From positions 24,366,001-24,430,000 of the forward strand of contig OZ024745.1 in NCBI GenBank assembly GCA_964016885.1: a DNA stretch of 64,000 bases, given 5' to 3'. Shown here one piece after another: positions 40,942 to 54,088 of this stretch (positions are counted from its first letter, which is position 1; each line of letters opens with the position of its first letter). The position numbers and the translations under genes were made by a program. This DNA is from Eledone cirrhosa. Its lineage: Eukaryota. The notes below the pieces were generated by a model, which was not told the DNA's origin, made no database searches, and worked only from the letters and a program-made list of their open reading frames with translations.

Positions 40942-41611
40942 TATTAGTTTAACAATTATAATACTAACGAAGGCAAGTTATTTTACATATTCATTTCATT
41001 GTTTTACGATCGTTTCAGAGGGTTGATTATATTGATATATTGACTGATCTATAGCAGTTAGAGAACTGTATACTATCGGACATAATATATAGGTTCGATC
41101 ATACCGTCTTCTGCGGAAACAATCTATGTATACATTCATTTATATTAAGACAAAAAACTGAGTTATGTTACTCTGGAGTATCAAGACTCACTTTTTAGCC
41201 TTAATATTCAAACTCCATCTTGGTATTGAGAACTCCTTTCACTCAGCCGTCAACAACATACGTGTGTTCTTGTGACAGTCATAATTTAATTTATAACCAA
41301 TCAAATTACATTTATAATAAAAAAAAGCCTCTGTGAGCCACTTGTTTAAGTAAAAAGAAATTCAAACAAACTGGTGCGAAAGCTGATGTGCTTATTCACG
41401 TGACTGCATCAACCAGCCAAACTTCACTCATATATAAAAAAACAACCTGAGGCCCCCCCCCCCCCCTTTGTTTGAAGAACTTTGTAACGCGAACTGGCGC
41501 GAAATTTATTATACTTATTCACCAGCCAATCAAATTATTTCTCTAAAAACCTGGCATTTCGAGCCACTTTCTTCCATATAAAACAGAAGTAACATTCAAA
41601 GACCAACCAGA

Positions 41612-41817
41612 TGTGAGAAAAACCACAGACTCTCCATCTCAACTCTACTTTTGAAAAGCAGAAGAACTGCGAAACCGGTAAAGGAACCAAATAAATATAT
41701 ATTTAAAAAAAAAAAGACTCCAGTTGCATTTTCGATTTCATCTTTTTTTCTTTATACTTTCATTCGTGTAGGACACCTCGGTTATTTTTCATTTTGTAAA
41801 AAAAAACTCACTTTCTA

Positions 41818-41820
<3 letters not shown>
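41612..41820 (+). mobile_element. Family A single arm with HHR (41645-41685)
   Basis: Near-identical to 535-744. Confidence 0.8.
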
Positions 41821-41915
<95 letters not shown>

Positions 41916-42770
41916 ATTACAATATATTTTGGAGCTTCACAGACAAGAACATATAAAAACAAGGGTAAGGGCAAAGTTTTTATATCATAATAGATCAATT
42001 TGATAAAAGTGATATGAGTATAAATTATTATAAAACACACAGTAAGGGGCACTAGTTAAGTCAAGTTAGAGGCACTTCATATTCCTGCTCTGTTATTATA
42101 CATCATGTACGAACCATGGATCAACGAAAAATCTCTGTAAGTATATCTTCTGTGACTTCATTAACAAAAGTATCCACATTTTCTGAACAGAATTATCTAT
42201 CGCTTTGTTTAATACTTGTGTTGTGATGTGTCAAAGTTTATTGACCCAGAGCTCATGGTAACATTCCTTTATTTCCGAGTTCCTCTGCGGATTGCGTGGG
42301 TTTTCCTCCCCCAATTCTTGAACATAGTTAAACAGTTCAATGACAATAATTATTGCAGGCTATATCACGGTGGAAGAGACAGACATGGTAAAGCCAACAT
42401 TCTTCTTCCTCCTCTCTGTCTCTCCCTCTCTCTCTCTCTCACTCTCCCCCTCTCGCTCTCCCTCTCCCTCTCCCTCTCTCTCTCCCACTCTCCCCCTCTC
42501 TCTCCGTCTCTAGCTCTCTCTCTTCCTCTCTCTCTACTGATAATGATGGAGCTTTGTCCGTTGGTGGATTGAAAGCGACACTGTTCAAAGCAATGTTTTA
42601 GACACTGGAAGCCATCGACTCCAACAGTAGCGAAAACAATGAATACAACAACAAATAAGATTGTAAGAAGATTGCATGATGTAAAAATAATAATTACAAT
42701 ATGGTAGAAATATGCGAATAGTAATAGTACAAACAATTGTAACATGGATGTGTTTCAATATAGTCTTATA

Positions 42771-42823
<53 letters not shown>

Positions 42824-42858
42824 TATATATATATATATATATACAAGTTAATATAAAT

Positions 42859-43045
42859 TAATTGTTTCTACTTTAGGCACAAGGCCTGCAATTACCCAGT
42901 GCATTACTGGTACTTTATTTTATCGACCTCGTAAGGATGAAAGGTAAAGTAAACCTCGGCGGGATTTGAACTCAGGCCGTAAAGGGACGTAACTATGCTG
43001 GAAAGCATGGCGTCCGACCCTCTACCGATACTGCCAATCCACCAC
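42859..43045 (-). mobile_element. SINE (major family)
   Basis: Consensus match. Confidence 0.9.
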
Positions 43046-43509
43046 CATAAATTAATATATGATAAACACCTAAGTGTTTGCATTGTAAAAGACAAAAGTT
43101 AGCTAGAATGAAACAAACTAATTCAAATAAATATAGCCTGCCTGTATCGATTTAAAAAATAATAAATCAATATACACAAACTCATATTGGCAAATAGCCG
43201 TGGTACCTAGACAAATTTAATTTTAAAACTCAAACCTTTTCCGCAGATCAATCTGAACCTCAAAATCAAAATAGGTTTCGCAAACGATGGTATAAAAAGA
43301 AATAATCAATTTTCTGTGCTTATCAATAGGTACCCAGAAAAATTAGGTTACTTCACCTCGAAAAAATGTTGAAGGTCTGGTTTACGAGCACAAACGCACG
43401 AGGTTTTGCACTCGGTTCCTCCAGCTCACTAGCCTATCTCATACTCATGGCGCTAGAAATAACAGCCGTTTATATGGGATTAAAAATTAGCTCAACCGAG
43501 GGAGCAGTA

Positions 43510-43585
43510 ATATATTATATTTAGAGTATACACTCAAAGAGTCATTTACATGTAAATGACTCTTTGAGTGTATACTCTAAATATA

Positions 43586-43591
<6 letters not shown>
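43510..43591. repeat. Perfect ~80-bp palindrome adjoining (TA)n
   Basis: ...CACTCAAAGAGTCATTTACA|TGTAAATGACTCTTTGAGTG... Confidence 0.85.
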
Positions 43592-43616
<25 letters not shown>

Positions 43617-43876
43617 TATTTTAGTTTGTTTTGTTTTTACGCATTTATATCCGTATGTCATTGACGACAGAGAGAAAAGAGTACTCAATACCGAAGAAGA
43701 GTTTAAATATTCATATTGTTATCGGTAAATAGTCAGTCTTGTTACCCTGGAGTTTCGCCTGTTTATCAGAGGGTCATCAAGGCCCTGTGATAAACTGGTG
43801 AATTTCTAGCGCAACAAAACATTATTTAGCCGTAATAAAATGAATATATATATATATAATTTTCGCTCTACATGGC

Positions 43877-43955
<79 letters not shown>

Positions 43956-43958
<3 letters not shown>

Positions 43959-44544
43959 GTTCGCTCTACATGGCTGAATACAATAAATGTAATCTGAGTT
44001 TTTCGAATATTAATAATAATATTCGATTAGTTTGCAATTATGCAAACAAGCCTCATTTTTAAAGCCATGTCACTAGAATGAGCCCCTCATACTTGCTCTT
44101 TTGTTGGCATGGAAACAGAACTACAGACACTAATGTTTCTGGGTATTGCCCTTCATCAGTACAGTTCACTGTTCACCTGCTCACTGTCAGAGCTATTGAA
44201 AATATATGCTATTTTCTAAAATATAGTGACTGATCAGCCAGATTTGCATATCAGCAGACTGGCTAGTCAGTTTCCTGTATACGAGCGATCAATGGCCGGC
44301 TTTGCCACATTCAAATAAAAGTATAAATTTTATATTGAAAAAATGTAGGCTCTACATGGCTGAATACAATAAATGTAATCTGAGTTTTTCGAATATTAAT
44401 AATAATTTTCGAGTCGTTTGCAATTATGCAAACAAGCCTCATTTTTAAAGCCATGTCAGTAGAATGGGCCCCTCATTCTTGATCTTGTGTTGGCAAGTAA
44501 ACAGAACTGCAGACACTAATATTTCTGGGTATTACCCTTCATCA

Positions 44545-44547
<3 letters not shown>
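43956..44547 (-). mobile_element. 386-bp tandem HHR-containing unit (about 1.5 copies) in (TA)n
   Basis: Direct repeat starts at 43963 and 44349. HHRs at 44118-44167 and 44504-44547 (-). Confidence 0.8.
44118..44167 (-). ncRNA. Minimal type I hammerhead ribozyme
   Basis: GAACUGUA-CUGAUGA-aGGG caaua CCCa-GAAA-CAUUAGUG-UC-UGUAGUUC. Confidence 0.75.
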
Positions 44548-44582
<35 letters not shown>

Positions 44583-44897
44583 ACTTTTCAGCCGACACTC
44601 GCACTGTGTTCTGGTCGTATGCCTGTGTTTGATTTGATCATTGCTCAGAGTGTCTGAAATTAGCAGATGGGAAAGAAATTTTCATGGGTTAGGATAATCA
44701 ACAGCTCCCATTACCGAAGAACCTACAAAGTAATTATGATTTCTTTCGCTCATGCTCGTGCTCTCACTGTCAACCACTTGTCTAACACAGCGTTTCTCAA
44801 TCTTTGTAGCTTTCTGGAACCCTTGAAATAGTTTTCATTTCTCAAAGAACCCCCTGCATAAAAACTATTGGATACCATTCTTAATATCTATCTCTTT

Positions 44898-45932
44898 TCG
44901 TCTCACTCACCGAGCTGCAATCCTGGGTCAAGCAAAGACCGAGAAAACTGGGCGCCTGGCACACTGAGTGTGCCCAGGCGCTCACCGCCCTCTGGCAGGC
45001 GGATCCGGTTATCAGTGGAGACTCCACCGCAACATTCTATAGAGGGCTTGTACGCAGCAGGTGCGACGACGCCCTCGGAGAAGCCCTAGACATGGAGGAG
45101 GACGAACTGGCCAGCCTGTTCGGTAGGACATTCAGCCCGGGACCTATGGACAACTTCCAGAAGTCCCTGGCCTGGCAGTGCTACCGAGGGGCTTTACCCG
45201 TTCGAGAAAGGCTCTACAGACACAGGCGCCCGGGTAGGGACCCCGCCAAAAAGATCTGTCCCAGATGCGTGTGCGACGAGGAAACCGTTGCACACGCATT
45301 GGTACACTGCTCGGGCGTAGCCGATCTGTGGGGCTATGTCGAACAACTGCTGTCAAGGGTGGGACCGATCCGGTTGACCACCAAGTCTATTGTAATGATC
45401 AAGCCGCCTCCCCCCTTCAAAGATGAAGCAGAGGCGGTGTTTCTGTGCGTAATAGCCATGGCGAAAGAGGTTGTATGGTGGACGCGTCTGAAAGGACTGA
45501 GGTCAGGCACCTTTCTCTCTGGCCAACAACTGGTCCGTTTCTTCCGTTATCATTTCGGAAGAAGGATCAGGATGGAGAGAGAGGTGCTGCACCCCAGCCG
45601 TTTCTATGAAAGATGGGTGAAAGTGGCGAGAATGGCCCGTGTGAATGGGCCTTCACTCTACATCAGACTATAGGTGAGGAAGATGAAAGACCAAGGGAGC
45701 ACCCCTTCTCTGTGCTGCTGAGGAGAAGGGTTGCACACTTTTTTCGGGGGTGTGTGCGACCCCACAAGGCGCCTCCTCTCTATTGAGGATTTTGTTATAA
45801 ATTTTATTTTTTGTTTTATCTTATTTTATTTTTATATTTTGTTATTGCCTCCTTATTGAGGACGCCTTTTTGTGTAAACTCCCCCCTTTGTACTTGTCCC
45901 ACTTTTGATGCCCTAGTGGCAAATAAAAGAAA
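44898..45932 (+). mobile_element. 5'-truncated L1/Tx1-clade LINE
   Basis: GC-richer body, AATAAA at the 3' end, TSD TATCTCTTTT. Confidence 0.85.
45092..45673 (+). pseudogene. L1/Tx1 ORF2 C-terminal zinc-binding (zf-RVT-like) region
   Basis: LAWQCYRGALPVRERL...CPRC..DEETVAHALVHC...LWGYV. Confidence 0.85.
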
Positions 45933-45965
45933 CATATCTCTTTTAGAGGTTGAAGTTTTTATTAT

Positions 45966-46152
45966 AATTGTTTCTATATTTGGCACAAGGCCAGCAATTA
46001 TCCCAGTCTATTACTGGTGCTTTATTTTATCGGCCCCGTAAAGATGAAAGGCAAAGTTAACCTCGGCGGGATTATGAACTCAGACCATAAAGAGGCGTAA
46101 CTCTTTGCAGGAAAGCATGGCGTCCGACCGTCTATCGATACTGCCAATCCTC
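45966..46152 (-). mobile_element. SINE nested in the hAT MITE
   Basis: Consensus match, TSD GAAGTTTT(T/G)ATTATAAT. Confidence 0.88.
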
Positions 46153-46669
46153 CGGAAGTTTTGATTATAATAACCAAGGGTTTTCCAACAATATGCCGTA
46201 CGCGTTTAGTAAAATTACGATTATAAAATCAGACAAAACTTACTCAATAATGTATTAGCTTATTTATCAGTGTTTCTCACGGAACCCTTAGCTACCTCTT
46301 GCGGAAGCTAGGGTTCCTAGGAACAGTGGTTGAGATACGCTGGTCTAATATCTCGGTTTAAACTTTAAGTAGAACTTAGTTATATGTCAACAATTTAGGA
46401 ATCAGTTGCAAGATATATTTATAAGAGTATATCCATGTGTGTGTGTGTGTGTGTGTCTGTGAATGTATGTGTATTCGTGTGTATGTGTCTGCGTGCGTGT
46501 GTGCACGCATAATTGTACAAGGGTGTATGTGTATGAGGATGCGGTAATGTATTGATATGGATTGAAGGGTGTGTGGGTATGTGGAGCATAAGAACTGGTA
46601 CTTTAAAAACAAACTAATGAATCCTTTGGTAATATTAACACACACACGCGCCCCACCCCCACCACCACC

Positions 46670-46700
<31 letters not shown>

Positions 46701-46852
46701 GTATATATATATGTATACACACATATAAACAACTTTCAATATATCCATAACTACATTTATACAAACATATATTATAATATATATATACACAGAGATATCT
46801 ACAGTAAGTTGTGGGGTCTATTCTGCATGAAGAACTCGATGTAATCCATATG

Positions 46853-47275
46853 TTGAAAATATTGTAGGTTAAGATAAATATCAGAAAACAATAAAACACT
46901 AAAAGGAAAACAGAGTCATGATATAATAAAACAATGAAATAAAAAATCAAATCATTAGAGATATACTTCACTGCTTTACGATCGTTTCTAGATGATGATA
47001 ATACATTGTAGCTATACTCGGTTATTGATCTATGTAAGGTTAGTTACAAACTATCAAATAAAGAGAATATTTACTTACATGCATATCACCAGCTGTTTTC
47101 AAAACAGCTGGTGATATGCATGTAAGTAAATATTCTCTCTATCTGATATTTTGTAACTAACCTTACATAGATCAATAACGGAGTATAGCTACAACGTATT
47201 ATCATCATCTAGAAACGATCGTAAAGCAGTGAAGTATATCTCTAAAGACTTGATTTTTTATTTCATTGTTTTAAC
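46853..47275. mobile_element. Fold-back element with half-hammerhead GAAACGAUCGUA
   Basis: About 175-bp arms, apex at 47100, one-sided extension. Confidence 0.8.
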
Positions 47276-47294
47276 ATATATATATATATATATT

Positions 47295-47540
47295 GAGTAT
47301 ATATTGGTTGTTTACCGACACCTCAGTATGCAGATTAGAGCACTCGACGAAGTACGCAGGCTGGTTTGTTGACTCCGGAGTAATGTAAAATAATTAAGTC
47401 AAATAGGTAAAATTTGGCTTCGTTTATTATAAATTATAGATATACTGCTATATATATTTCGGTGACAGCCATCATTGGCTGTGACGTCTTCAACTACCTG
47501 AAGACGTCACAGCCAATGATGGCTGTCACCGAAATATATA
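47295..47540. mobile_element. Family D element with inverted HHR pair
   Basis: HHR motifs at 47445-47492 (-) and 47498-47540 (+, CUGAAGA core, truncated after stem III). Homologous to 29812-30020. Confidence 0.75.
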
Positions 47541-47638
47541 GTTCAGAAATATATAGTCCAGAAATAGCCGTCGAAGCGGCTTGACCTCTGGCGTCGGAGT
47601 CATACTTTCTCATATATATATATATGAGAGGGTATGGA

Positions 47639-47891
47639 TTTAAATATTCACCTGTTCTTTTGCCGTTTCCGACGGTTTCACTAATCAAAAGATTTGAAAT
47701 TCAGAGAATTTCCAATGGAAAGAATTAGATTTTCAGACGGCTATTTCCATATTATAAGGGTATAAAGCCTCATAGTAAGTTAATATTTCACTTCCTGCCC
47801 GTTGCATGCGGTCAAGCCGTTAAAGTGACTCGCAAATCTTTTGATTAGTGAAACCGTCGGTAACGGCAATAGAACAGGTGAATATTTAAAT
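47639..47891. mobile_element. Fold-back element with HHR-shaped 3' half (GAAACCGUCGGUA)
   Basis: About 58-bp inverted arms. Stem I GCCGU/ACGGC is present but the core is non-canonical. Confidence 0.55.
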
Positions 47892-47965
47892 CGGTTATTA
47901 ATTTATTTAAAAGATTGTTTGATGATTACTTGTTCCGCTCATTTTATATATATATATATATATAT

Positions 47966-48153
47966 GAAAAGGTTCAGGACCCCGACGGCAGAGCTTAAGC
48001 CGTCTCGACAGCTATTTCTGGACTAGAAATAGCTGTCGAAACGGCTTAAGCTCTGCCGTCCTTAACCTTTTCCTATTACCCACTCTACTACCCAAAGGAT
48101 CGAGTACTATGGTGCGTTATGGTCCACCTGGTTCCTTACCACACTTCCTTTGT

Positions 48154-48154
<1 letters not shown>
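47966..48154. mobile_element. Fold-back element family B copy
   Basis: Homologous to 823-1018. Confidence 0.8.
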
Positions 48155-48184
<30 letters not shown>

Positions 48185-48350
48185 CTATGTGTGTTTCATG
48201 TGTGTCGATGTGTCGATGTGCATGCATAAATGTATGTGCGTATGTGTATATATATGTGTGTGTGTGTATACATATATATTCATATATCTATATATAAATA
48301 CATATATATATATATGCATGTATATATGCATATATATGTATGTGTATATA

Positions 48351-48430
<80 letters not shown>

Positions 48431-48440
48431 TATATGTACA

Positions 48441-48471
<31 letters not shown>

Positions 48472-48489
48472 GAATATATATGTATACAC

Positions 48490-48676
<187 letters not shown>

Positions 48677-48867
48677 TGTATGTATGTATGCAACAAACCG
48701 GAAGTAACTGTCAATTGCATTTATATATCACCGCTCCACAGTCAATAACCCCAACTAACCACCTAGCTATCCACCAAGCTTATTAACAACTATCAACCAC
48801 GAACACACACAACAACAACAACATACACAAACACATGCACTCACACACACATACTCACACACACATA

Positions 48868-48907
<40 letters not shown>

Positions 48908-49227
48908 GACTGAACAACAATAACTCGATAAACATATTTTGTCAATTTATTTATTCTAGTTCACTCTTGCCAGGATATTATAAAGTCATTAGTCATTTCA
49001 CAAATACAAAGCAACGCCAAAACACACACATACACACACGCACGCACACACACACACACACATTGATATATATATGAGAGAGAGAGAGAGAAAGAGAGTG
49101 AGATAAAGAGAAAGAAAGAGAGAGAGAGAGTGAGAGTGAGACATAAATATGTAAGTATATATAAAAATATATAAGTATATATATGTAAGTATATATATGT
49201 AAATAGTATATATATATATTTATATAT

Positions 49228-49304
<77 letters not shown>

Positions 49305-49465
49305 GGTTGCATTTTTTAAGGGTAAGTCAATATTTATTTCTAAAACTAACCTATATTATATTTTATATGATGAAAGCGCACCATAGTTTGCTCTGGTGGC
49401 CCTTGAAATATGTATGAAATAAATATGGTTTTATAAATATAGTTTCCATTTGTTAATATATAGTA

Positions 49466-49513
<48 letters not shown>

Positions 49514-49679
49514 TATATGTATATATAAATATATATATATACTATTTACATATATATACTTACATATTTTTATCTCTCACTCTCACTCTCACTCTCACTC
49601 TCTCTCTCTCTCTCTTTCTTTCTCTTTCTCTCTCTCTCTTTCTCTCTCTTTCTATCTGCCGTCGGGGTTAAACATTTTC

Positions 49680-49735
<56 letters not shown>

Positions 49736-50123
49736 TCGGATTCACATACACTTATACGTAGATATACGCTGTCGTAAATATATCTACAAAGATACTGTTG
49801 CAGTCTATTTTCTGCAGATGTTCCTGTTTATGTAAGGCATCTCATCTTACAGCTACAGTAATCTATATTGATATTCCTGAATCTGGTATTATATCTTACT
49901 TTTTAGACATACACTCATACGAACGTAGACTCTTACAGATTCATAAAAGCACGCGTATAATATGCACATATATACGAATTATAAAGTAGAAACGTAGTTT
50001 TAGTCATTAAAGAACAAGTAAGACTTGTGTATCCACTTTTCACTCATTTCTTCATAGCACAATCTATCACAGCTTACCGAATATTTCTGGACACTGACAT
50101 AATTCCACGTTATTATTGTATAC

Positions 50124-50700
50124 AGTGGATTGGCAGTATCGGTAGAGGGTTGGACGCCATGCTTTCTAGCATAGTTACGTCCCTTTACAGTCTGAGTTCA
50201 AATCCCGCCGAGGTTAACTTTGCCTTTCATCCTTACGGGTCGATAAAATAAAGTACCAGTAATCTACTGGGTAATTGCAGGCCTTGTGCCTAAAGTAGAA
50301 ACAATTATTGTATTCAGTGGATTGGCAGTATCGGTAGAGGGTCGGACGCCATGCTTTGACGTATAGAGTTACGGCCCTTGCCATTCTGAGTTCAAATCCC
50401 GCCGAGGTTAACTTTGCCTTTCATCCTTACGGGGTCGATAAAATAAAGTACCAGTAATGCACTGGGTAATTGCTGGCCTTGTGCCAAAAGTAGAAACAAC
50501 TATTGTATATACTGATGGATTGGCTATATCGGTAGAGGGTTGCACGCCATGCTTGGTAACATGGATTTACGCCCTTTATGATCTGAGTTCAAATCCTGCC
50601 GTGTTTAACTTTGCCTTTCATCCTTACGGGGTCGATAAAATAAAGTACCAGTAATACACTGGGGTAATTGCTGGCTTTGCGCCAAGAGTAGAAACAATTA
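50124..50700 (+). mobile_element. Three head-to-tail full-length SINEs
   Basis: Copies start at about 50124, 50317 and 50516. All junctions and both flanks carry TATTGTAT. Confidence 0.9.
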
Positions 50701-51540
50701 TTGTATATGCTGGCTAGTTTTACTTTTTACTGAAGTTTCAACCTGTGTATCTAATTCAATCTTGCTCTTTGAACCTTTTACATAAGTGTATTTGATCCAT
50801 TTCTGATTCGACCAATATGCTTTCCCTCTCTATATGTAGCCTACATGATGGTTGCAACTCAATTTCGAATAATGCCATCTCTCGATACTTAAGCATGAGC
50901 AGATACACACATACAAAATCGATTTTACGGCCCCAATATCGATCTTTTTCAACTTTGTTTTTGTCCATTGCTTTTTAGTCCTGCTAGGGACTTGCCTATG
51001 GCCTGCAATACCATGCATCACAAAAAGCGTCACATATTAAGCGATACCCGTGTTGAAGCTTTTAAAGTTAGGAAAGGCTTTGCACGGAGCCAATCCCACT
51101 TTCTGAACATCGAAAGCATTTACCCCAGAAGAAGAATTGTTCTACATCATTGGATGCAAACAAATGTTTTATATCAGAGTGACTTACTCCTAGAGAGATG
51201 TCTTAATGAAGATTAGGGGTCTCACGTTCGAGAAGAAAAAAAAATTATTGGATGGTCGGTTACTCTCCTCGGTTCCTCCGCCCTTTGACGGGTTTTGTTT
51301 TTCATTCAGCAGGGTATCCAAAATCACCCTCCTCACCAAGCAAGCTTGGTGGGGTTACCGGTTTAGTCGGCGACGACTCGACCATGCACAGGTTGTACTG
51401 GGTTACATGTTACCAGTAGCGCTGAAGAGTGACCTGACATACATACATAGTTATATTTGTATAGGTGTATATGAATGTATCTATGTATGTATAACTGAGT
51501 ATATGTACATGTAGGCTCGTGTTCAAGAATGTATATATGT

Positions 51541-51770
51541 ATGTTATCTCTTTCTCTTAATTTCGAGTATATTTTTTTTTGACTGGCCACCTTCCTGGGG
51601 GCAAGGTTGTTAAAGAAAAGAAATTGTCATCCCTTGAATCGCAAGAATGTTTTTCAAATGTTGAAGGTGCCAGCTATCGCAGCCATTTGTAGACTATGAA
51701 TTAGGGACCTGCGCTCTTTGTCCGCAAATCCAAGTTCAGTCATACTTTGGTCCACCCGTAGCTCTCATAA
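51541..51770 (-). mobile_element. Short 3' copy of the R4/Dong-like element
   Basis: Near-identical to 51841-52075. Confidence 0.8.
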
Positions 51771-51840
51771 TGTATGTATGTATGTATGTATGTATGTATG
51801 TATGTATGTATGTATGTATGTATGTATGTATGTATGTATG

Positions 51841-52455
51841 TTTTCTCTTTCTCTTAATTTTGAGTATATTTTTTTGACCGGCCACCTTCCTGGTGGCAAG
51901 GTTGTAAAAGAAAAGAAATTGTCATCCCTTGAATCGCAAGAATGTTTTGCAAATTTTGAAGGTGCCAGCTATCGCAGCCATTTGTAGACTATGAATTAGG
52001 GAGCTGCGCTTTTTGTCCGCAAATCCAAGTTCAGTCATACTTTGGTCCAAGCGGGTTGGTATATAACCCGTAGCACCAATAATGATGGGTATGAAGCTAA
52101 AGGTGTATCTTGGATACTGGATTTGTAAACTCCTCATCAATGGTCCGTAGATGTCCTCCTTCTCCTGTATTTTTCTGACAACGTTTACATCAAGTGGGCA
52201 GCTGATCTCCACAACAGAACACGTTTTCAATGTGTGGTCCCAAACTACAATATCAGGCCGGTTGTGCTTTAATCTGGTGGCAGTTTTTATTTTCAGGTTC
52301 CACCAGTATTCCTTAGTGCCATCTGTCTCAATATATTCTTCCTCGTTTGTTGTTAATTTTGTTTTCCGAAGTGCGTTCCAGATGGTTCTAGCTATCCCAT
52401 CGTGTCTCATGGGGAGGTAGTAGCGAGATGACATCCTTTCGCAGCTGGCAACAAT
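51841..52455 (-). pseudogene. 5'-truncated R4/Dong-like non-LTR element with restriction-like endonuclease (ORF 51922-52434)
   Basis: HIVASC...RHDGIA...WWN...NRPDIVVWD...VVEISCP...KEDIY...IPIIIGATG. Flanked on both sides by (TATG)n. Confidence 0.85.
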
Positions 52456-52904
52456 GTATGTATGTATGTATGTATGTATGTATGTATGTATGTATGTATG
52501 TATGTATGTATGTATGTATGTATGTATGTATGTATGTATATGCTTGTGGTTTTATTATTTCATAATGTTTCACCAATAGAGTGAAAGCCGGTTTCTAACA
52601 AAGAAACAAGCATTTCATTGAAATTTAAACAACATCGAGGTACATACGTATGTATGTCTGCATGTGACTGTGTGTATGTGCAGGTATGGGTGTTATTGCA
52701 TGTGTGGCTCTGTATGTTTTTAGTTATATAAATACACGTGAATATGCCTCTGCAAATATACATTTCTCTATGCAGTTATTTACATGCTGAATTTTTGAGA
52801 TTATGTATGTGTATATGTATGTATGTATTCATGTATGTGTGTATTTATCTGTACATGTATGTATATATTTATGTATGTATGTATATATATACGTATGTAT
52901 GCAT

Positions 52905-53460
52905 GTCCCATGGTCGGGTCGTTGGCGACTAAACTGGCAACCCCACCAAGGTTTCTTGGTAAGGAGGGTGACTTTGGGCATCCTGCAGGACTAAAAACAA
53001 AACCTGCAAAGGAGCTCTTAAGAGTCAATGGCCATCCAAAATCACCGGGAGAGATGACCAGTTGGCCTTTGTCAAGGCAGAATTCTAGGAGAAGGAAAAC
53101 TCTGATATAACACCTGCAACCCTGATGGTATCCAATGATGTTGACTTGTTCTTCTTTTTGGTAAATATCATCTTGGTTAAGAGAGTGGGACTGGCTTTGT
53201 GCAGTGCCTTTGCTCACTATAAAAGCTTCACGGCACAGGCATTGATTTATATCTGGAGATCTCTCTGCACTTGTCGTCACATGGTACCATGGGCCCAGCA
53301 ATATGTGTCAATAATTGTCACAAGTGTAGTGTTTGTACCAGAGTTTTCAAGTCGCTAGCTAGACTAAAAAGTCACACTCGCTCAGCGCATCGGTAGGGGT
53401 TCTCCTACATGGATATAAAGTAGTGGCCGTACTCGAAAACGAGTTGGCAGCCACCATGTA
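52905..53460 (+). mobile_element. Non-autonomous RTE-derived element (copy 1)
   Basis: RTE-5'UTR-like AGGAGAAGGAAAACTCTGATATAAC (from recall). Inverted homolog at 55318-55995, partial copy at 51290-51440. Set in (CATA)n. Confidence 0.55.
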
Positions 53461-53546
53461 TGCATGTATATATGTATATAATTATGTTTCATGTATGTGT
53501 GTCTGCATGTATACATGAATGTATATATTTATGTATGTAAGTGTTT

Positions 53547-53693
53547 AAGTAGGTAGGTAGGCAGGTAGGTAGGTAGGTAGGTAGGTAGGTAGGTAGGTAG
53601 GTAGGTAGGTAGGTAGGTAGGTAGGTAGGTAGGTAGGTAGGTAGGTAGGTAGGTAGGTAGGTAGGTAGGTAGGTGGGTAGGTGGGTAGGTAGG
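53547..53693. repeat. (TAGG)n microsatellite
   Basis: Direct reading. Confidence 0.95.
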
Positions 53694-54088
53694 TCGACAG
53701 GAAGGTAGGTATGTATATACATATATACATATCACACGGTTTCATTCTCCCAAGTGGTTTCAAATGATCAGGATTTGTCTGTGACTGTGCCTACGCCTGG
53801 TAGACAGATTTGATCAATATCTCTGTAGAAACCACGCCCGGCCAATCAGAATTCCCAACCTACTTATCTCACCCTCTTTTTTCTGTCACCCCTTCACCAT
53901 TTTCGGAGTAATCTGTCACCATTCACCGGCTTGATAGCTATCGTCTCACATGACAGGGTTTCACATTTCAGATTATCCTCGGGAAGATTAGGCGTTTCTT
54001 GATGAACGCCATTGATGATCTCATCTGTTTTCTTTGTTTCCGTTTTCATTTACATATATATTTTCTTCTCTCGTATTACTTTGCTTCA

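Larger units (their letters stand above)
44788..46342. mobile_element. hAT MITE interrupted by LINE and SINE insertions
   Basis: TIR CAGCGTTTCTCAA / TTGAGATACGCTG, TSD GTCTAACA / GTCTAATA. Confidence 0.8.
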
